Virus record (IMG/VR): IMGVR_UViG_3300040801_001224
Span: 62,001 to 126,000 of that record
Strand: one strand, 5' to 3'
Length of the DNA stretch: 64,000 nt
In this document: positions 61,085 through 64,000 of the stretch, in pieces
Position numbering within the stretch: the first letter of the stretch is position 1
Layout: every line of letters begins with the position of its first letter
Notes under the pieces: generated by a model
Told to the model about the DNA's origin: nothing
The model's input: only the letters and a program-made list of their open reading frames with translations
Databases searched by the model: none
Program-made: the position numbers and the translations under genes

Positions 61085-61482
61085 TGGAACAACTACTTAT
61101 TGATTATCTTTCGTTTTATAAGCCTTTACTAGAAGGATCTGGCGAAGCAGGCCCATTTTTTCTACTCGCCATAGGATTATGGCACGTTGGTCTGTTACAC
61201 ATTCTATTGAAGGTGATAGAAAAAACACCTGGCTTTTACCGCAAGTTTATCAGGAAAGATGAGTTTGCTTTAGGCTGGGATTACGATGTCGCTATACAGC
61301 GTGATCGGGATGATCCATATGATAAAATATATTACAAGGATGGTCAATTATTTAGACGATCCAAAGACATAGTGCGTAGCAAATCATACGCAAGGCAAGC
61401 GAATGCCGCAAAGAAAATAATGCTTAAACAAGGACGTAGAAAATATGGCAAATCTAAATATAGCTTCAAATCCAAACCCTAA
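61084..61482 (+). CDS. Hypothetical membrane protein
   Basis: TAATG coupling; PFFLLAIGLWHVGLLHILL hydrophobic stretch. Confidence 0.55.
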   Translation: MEQLLIDYLSFYKPLLEGSGEAGPFFLLAIGLWHVGLLHILLKVIEKTPGFYRKFIRKDEFALGWDYDVAIQRDRDDPYDKIYYKDGQLFRRSKDIVRSKSYARQANAAKKIMLKQGRRKYGKSKYSFKSKP

Positions 61483-61732
61483 TCCACTGCTTTCGGTCAG
61501 TAGTGTTGGCGGCATGAAATCGGGACAACTTGTTATGGCCAATGGGTCAGGAGGATTTTCCACGACAGATGGCCTTGAAACTACGTATCTTACATTAAAG
61601 CAGGGTGATGAAGAGCTAATACTTTCATTTGATGACTTAAAGAATATTAAGGAACTGTTGGACTTCATTAACAATTCAAGCCTCAAAGAAGAATACGAAG
61701 AGTTTAAATTATTTAAAAGGTTAAAAGAATGA
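61445..61732 (+). CDS. Small protein, SSL-EE family member 1
   Basis: C-terminal DFINNSSLKEEYEEFKLFKRLKE. Confidence 0.6.
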   Translation: MANLNIASNPNPNPLLSVSSVGGMKSGQLVMANGSGGFSTTDGLETTYLTLKQGDEELILSFDDLKNIKELLDFINNSSLKEEYEEFKLFKRLKE

Positions 61733-61905
61733 CACCTGATATAGAATATAATGGCGAAGGACTCTATGTTAATGATGGTAAGGGTAACAAACATAATCTA
61801 GTTGAATTGCTTGAAGACGTAATGTTAATTAAGGAGTTTTTGGAAGAGTCTTCACTCACTGAAGAGTTTAACGAATATAAATCGTTTTGGAAATTAAAGA
61901 AATGA
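61729..61905 (+). CDS. Small protein, SSL-EE family member 2 (not in ORF track)
   Basis: ATGA overlap; MTPDIEYNGEG...EFLEESSLTEEFNEYKSFWKLKK*. Confidence 0.6.
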   Translation: MTPDIEYNGEGLYVNDGKGNKHNLVELLEDVMLIKEFLEESSLTEEFNEYKSFWKLKK

Positions 61906-62078
61906 GTGCAATTGAGCAACCTAAACAATTTGTAAAGATGCAGGATGTTGTCCAGACACTAATCGATTCTGTCAATGAGTTGAACGGTGAACTGGAGGAC
62001 ATGAGAGAATTTATAGAAGAAAGTAGCCTTTCGGAAGAATACCGAAAGCATAAGATGGTAAATACCTTAAAGAAATAA
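61902..62078 (+). CDS. Small protein, SSL-EE family member 3
   Basis: ATGA overlap at 61902; EFIEESSLSEEYRKHK. Confidence 0.6.
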   Translation: MSAIEQPKQFVKMQDVVQTLIDSVNELNGELEDMREFIEESSLSEEYRKHKMVNTLKK

Positions 62079-62453
62079 GGCGTTCGGATAAGGGCTGGTA
62101 TCCCGGAGAACTCACTGGCTGAAGAAGCTATAGACCTCCTTAAGTGCCATTGCGTAAAGCATAAATCAGTTCGCCGTTTTAATTCGATGAAGTAATTTAA
62201 TGATACTGTGGACGCCAGTTCGAATCTGGCCATCTCCACCAAATCTATGGGGATGAATTAGGTTTCGACAGGGTATACTGAGAATTATGGAGAATCAGTC
62301 AATGCTAAAGGCTGTGAGGATTGGGAGTAACACCTTTAATGGTGCTCGGTCGAAGAAGCAAAAAAATAATTGAAAATGATGAAATTTTCGCATTAGCGGC
62401 ATAGACCGTTAACGGGGTTTTACACCGTCTTCCTTGTTATCAAAAGACGGTGT
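62079..62453 (+). ncRNA. ssrA: Circularly permuted (two-piece) tmRNA; outer boundaries approximate
   Basis: T-arm GCCAG-TTCGAAT-CTGGC plus CATCTCC-A-CCA ends at 62241; 7-nt spacer; GGGGATG starts at 62249 (G3.U pair); tag ORF ENDEIFALAA* at 62372-62404. Confidence 0.9.
62422..62453. terminator. Hairpin at the tmRNA 3' end, overlapping the convergent gene stop
   Basis: ACACCGTCTT (62422-62431) / AAGACGGTGT (62444-62453). Confidence 0.6.
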
Positions 62454-63096
62454 CTTTATGTATGCTATAGTGTTGGCGTAACCCGTTCACTGACTTTTCT
62501 TCTCCGCAAATAATACAAGAACATTTTATTCTGCTACTATTATTTTTAGAAATTTTTTCTCTGGTAGTTTTGGATAATTTTCTTCCCTTCCCTTGCCCAG
62601 TGCGATCTATGTTTCTTATCTTCGGGTCATGCATTGGGTTGTTGTTTTTTAATCGTTCCGAAGCTTGCCGGCGTTGTTCGTTAGTCCATTCGTACCCTCC
62701 ACCACCTGGTCTAGATACTCCTTTATTTGACTCAGATATTTTTCTTTTGTGTTCTTCAGAAAAAGATCGTCCAGTATTGGCCTGACTTATTGTTTTTTTG
62801 TGTTCGTCAGATATTACCCTCGGTCCACCATCTGTTCCGTTTTCTATAGCAAGATTTGCCCATTCTTTTGATTCTACGATTTGGTTTAGCTTTGAAAAAA
62901 GTGTAGAAAATCTTTTTAGCTTTTCTAAGCTTTTGAATTCCTTATACCACAAGGTATCGATAAATTTGCCGTGTTTCTTGATGTGACGTAACCAGTATTT
63001 GCCCGATCCGGCATATTTAGTCGGCTCATTTTTTGTCTTGCCGAAATATTTGAGCCCGGTTTTCTGGTGCTGTTTTATATATAGATAAATACTCAT
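62440..63096 (-). CDS. GIY-YIG (Seg-like) homing endonuclease with NUMOD3-like repeats
   Basis: IYLYIKQHQKTGLKYFGKT, YAGSG, WANL..ENG..GG, SDEHKKTIS / SEEHKRKIS; likely start MSIYLY at 63096 after AGGAG. Confidence 0.8.
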   Translation of the reverse strand: MSIYLYIKQHQKTGLKYFGKTKNEPTKYAGSGKYWLRHIKKHGKFIDTLWYKEFKSLEKLKRFSTLFSKLNQIVESKEWANLAIENGTDGGPRVISDEHKKTISQANTGRSFSEEHKRKISESNKGVSRPGGGGYEWTNEQRRQASERLKNNNPMHDPKIRNIDRTGQGKGRKLSKTTREKISKNNSSRIKCSCIICGEEKSVNGLRQHYSIHKDTVF

Positions 63097-63100
63097 GCTG

Positions 63101-63164
63101 ATACTCCTATTCAGTATTAGAGTAGTCGGATACGCCAATATCGCGGACTACATTTTTATTTATC
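63101..63164 (-). promoter_or_regulatory. Late promoter plus structured leader of the homing endonuclease
   Basis: GATAAATA (- strand, 63157-63164); GTAGTC/GACTAC stem with inner GATA/TATC; competing TACTC/GAGTA stem over the RBS. Confidence 0.5.
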
Positions 63165-63171
63165 ATTTTAC

Positions 63172-63200
63172 TTGACATTTAACGATTTCATTGCTATAAT
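63172..63200 (+). promoter_or_regulatory. sigma70-type promoter with extended -10
   Basis: TTGACA, 17 bp, TG-N-TATAAT. Confidence 0.85.
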
Positions 63201-63206
63201 AGATCT

Positions 63207-63470
63207 ATGACTGATAAAATTTTTTATATGACCGAAATAGAGCCCCATGGATGGATAGTTACTTCTACAAAAGATGACCTCTTAGAAATAGACTACGAAA
63301 TGTCTAAAGATGGCAGAGGCTTTAGTAACACCCCAGCAGTTGAAGTTCGTCGTAGACCAGGGCATAGCATACCGGATAAATACAAACGGGCATTCTTTGA
63401 ATTAGATATTCTTTATTCTAGGTTTATTTATATTGCAGAAAACTGTGTTCCGTGGTTGGAAAAAGTTTAA
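63207..63470 (+). CDS. Hypothetical early protein
   Basis: 87-aa ORF starting almost at the predicted +1 (possibly leaderless). Confidence 0.55.
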   Translation: MTDKIFYMTEIEPHGWIVTSTKDDLLEIDYEMSKDGRGFSNTPAVEVRRRPGHSIPDKYKRAFFELDILYSRFIYIAENCVPWLEKV

Positions 63471-63555
63471 CATGCTTTAGCGGGGTTTCAAGGGCACCTG
63501 GCAACAGAAGCCCTTTCTTTTATAAAGGAAGATAAATACTATTAACGTTTATTTT

Positions 63556-63581
63556 AATAGGGCGTTACGCCCTATTTTTTT
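63556..63581 (+). terminator. Hairpin followed by a T-run
   Basis: AATAGGGCG-TTA-CGCCCTATT followed by Ts. Confidence 0.55.
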
Positions 63582-63592
63582 AAGGAAACATT

Positions 63593-64000
63593 ATGAGACT
63601 CAATGAATTAAAGGGCCAAACAATTCACCAAAAAGTAGACAATTTTATAACATCTGTTAGTGAACAGTATGGCACATCATGGTTATTTGACACACACGTA
63701 TCTAATAGAATGTGGACACGTGGTGATGGCAAACGTTATAAAGAATTATCGAGAATTACGTCATTTTTCAATACTGACCAAATAAAGACCAGAGCGCCTA
63801 AAGATTTAAAGGATCTACCAGATGAAATACAAGATACGCCGGGTGTTATAGACTTACTTTGGAAAGAAATCGAATCTAAAGGCAAGCACGTAGGTCAGTT
63901 GTCAGACGAGTTTCCAAGTATCCCACGTGGTGATTGCTATGTATTAGATAAGGTGTTATATGTACGTAGAGGTGGTATAGACATCATACAGTATGGTTCA
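63593..64000 (+). CDS. Hypothetical late protein (partial, runs off the window)
   Basis: AAGGA RBS, MRLNELKGQ..., open to the window end; GATAAATA at 63531-63538. Confidence 0.6.
   Translation, partial: MRLNELKGQTIHQKVDNFITSVSEQYGTSWLFDTHVSNRMWTRGDGKRYKELSRITSFFNTDQIKTRAPKDLKDLPDEIQDTPGVIDLLWKEIESKGKHVGQLSDEFPSIPRGDCYVLDKVLYVRRGGIDIIQYGS

Noticed and set aside
62208-62241. Stand-alone tRNA gene
   Set aside because: There is no D-arm or anticodon arm upstream; the acceptor strand pairs with GGGGATG downstream, i.e. it is part of the permuted tmRNA.
63490-63516. AAGGGC-AC-CTG-GCAA-CAG-AA-GCCCTT stem-loop as an RNA motif
   Set aside because: A real hairpin, but adequately explained as a terminator/processing stem after the 63207 gene.
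1-64000. Stop-codon reassignment
   Set aside because: Core genes are full-length in the standard bacterial code, and TAA, TGA and TAG all terminate genes.

Overview
This window is part of a large, AT-rich T4-like (jumbo-type) myophage genome. The core comprises baseplate genes (gp5-, hub-, gp53- and tube-initiator-like), late sigma factor gp55, gp47/gp46, a gp26-like gene, a probable tape measure, portal gp20, protease gp21, scaffold gp22, major capsid gp23 and neck genes gp15/gp14. A ~28 kb block of fibre/appendage genes (21.9-49.8 kb) includes a 2038-aa protein with ~44 acidic repeats. Seven near-perfect sigma70 promoters (17-bp spacers) and at least 19 copies of a GATAAATA late-promoter-like motif are visible. 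The standout is the 50-62.5 kb accessory region. It encodes a membrane-anchored GAF-GGDEF-EAL c-di-GMP enzyme with intact motifs, a CYTH enzyme, a minimal flagellin-FlaG-FliS cassette (no fliD) behind a late-type promoter, and a circularly permuted two-piece tmRNA. Other notable signals are a probable -1 ribosomal frameshift extending the gp26-like protein, T4-style RBS-sequestering hairpins around late promoters, and two ORF-free structured segments behind strong promoters (8.9-9.8 kb; 56.7-56.9 kb). All family assignments come from motif recognition by eye; no searches or folding programs were run.
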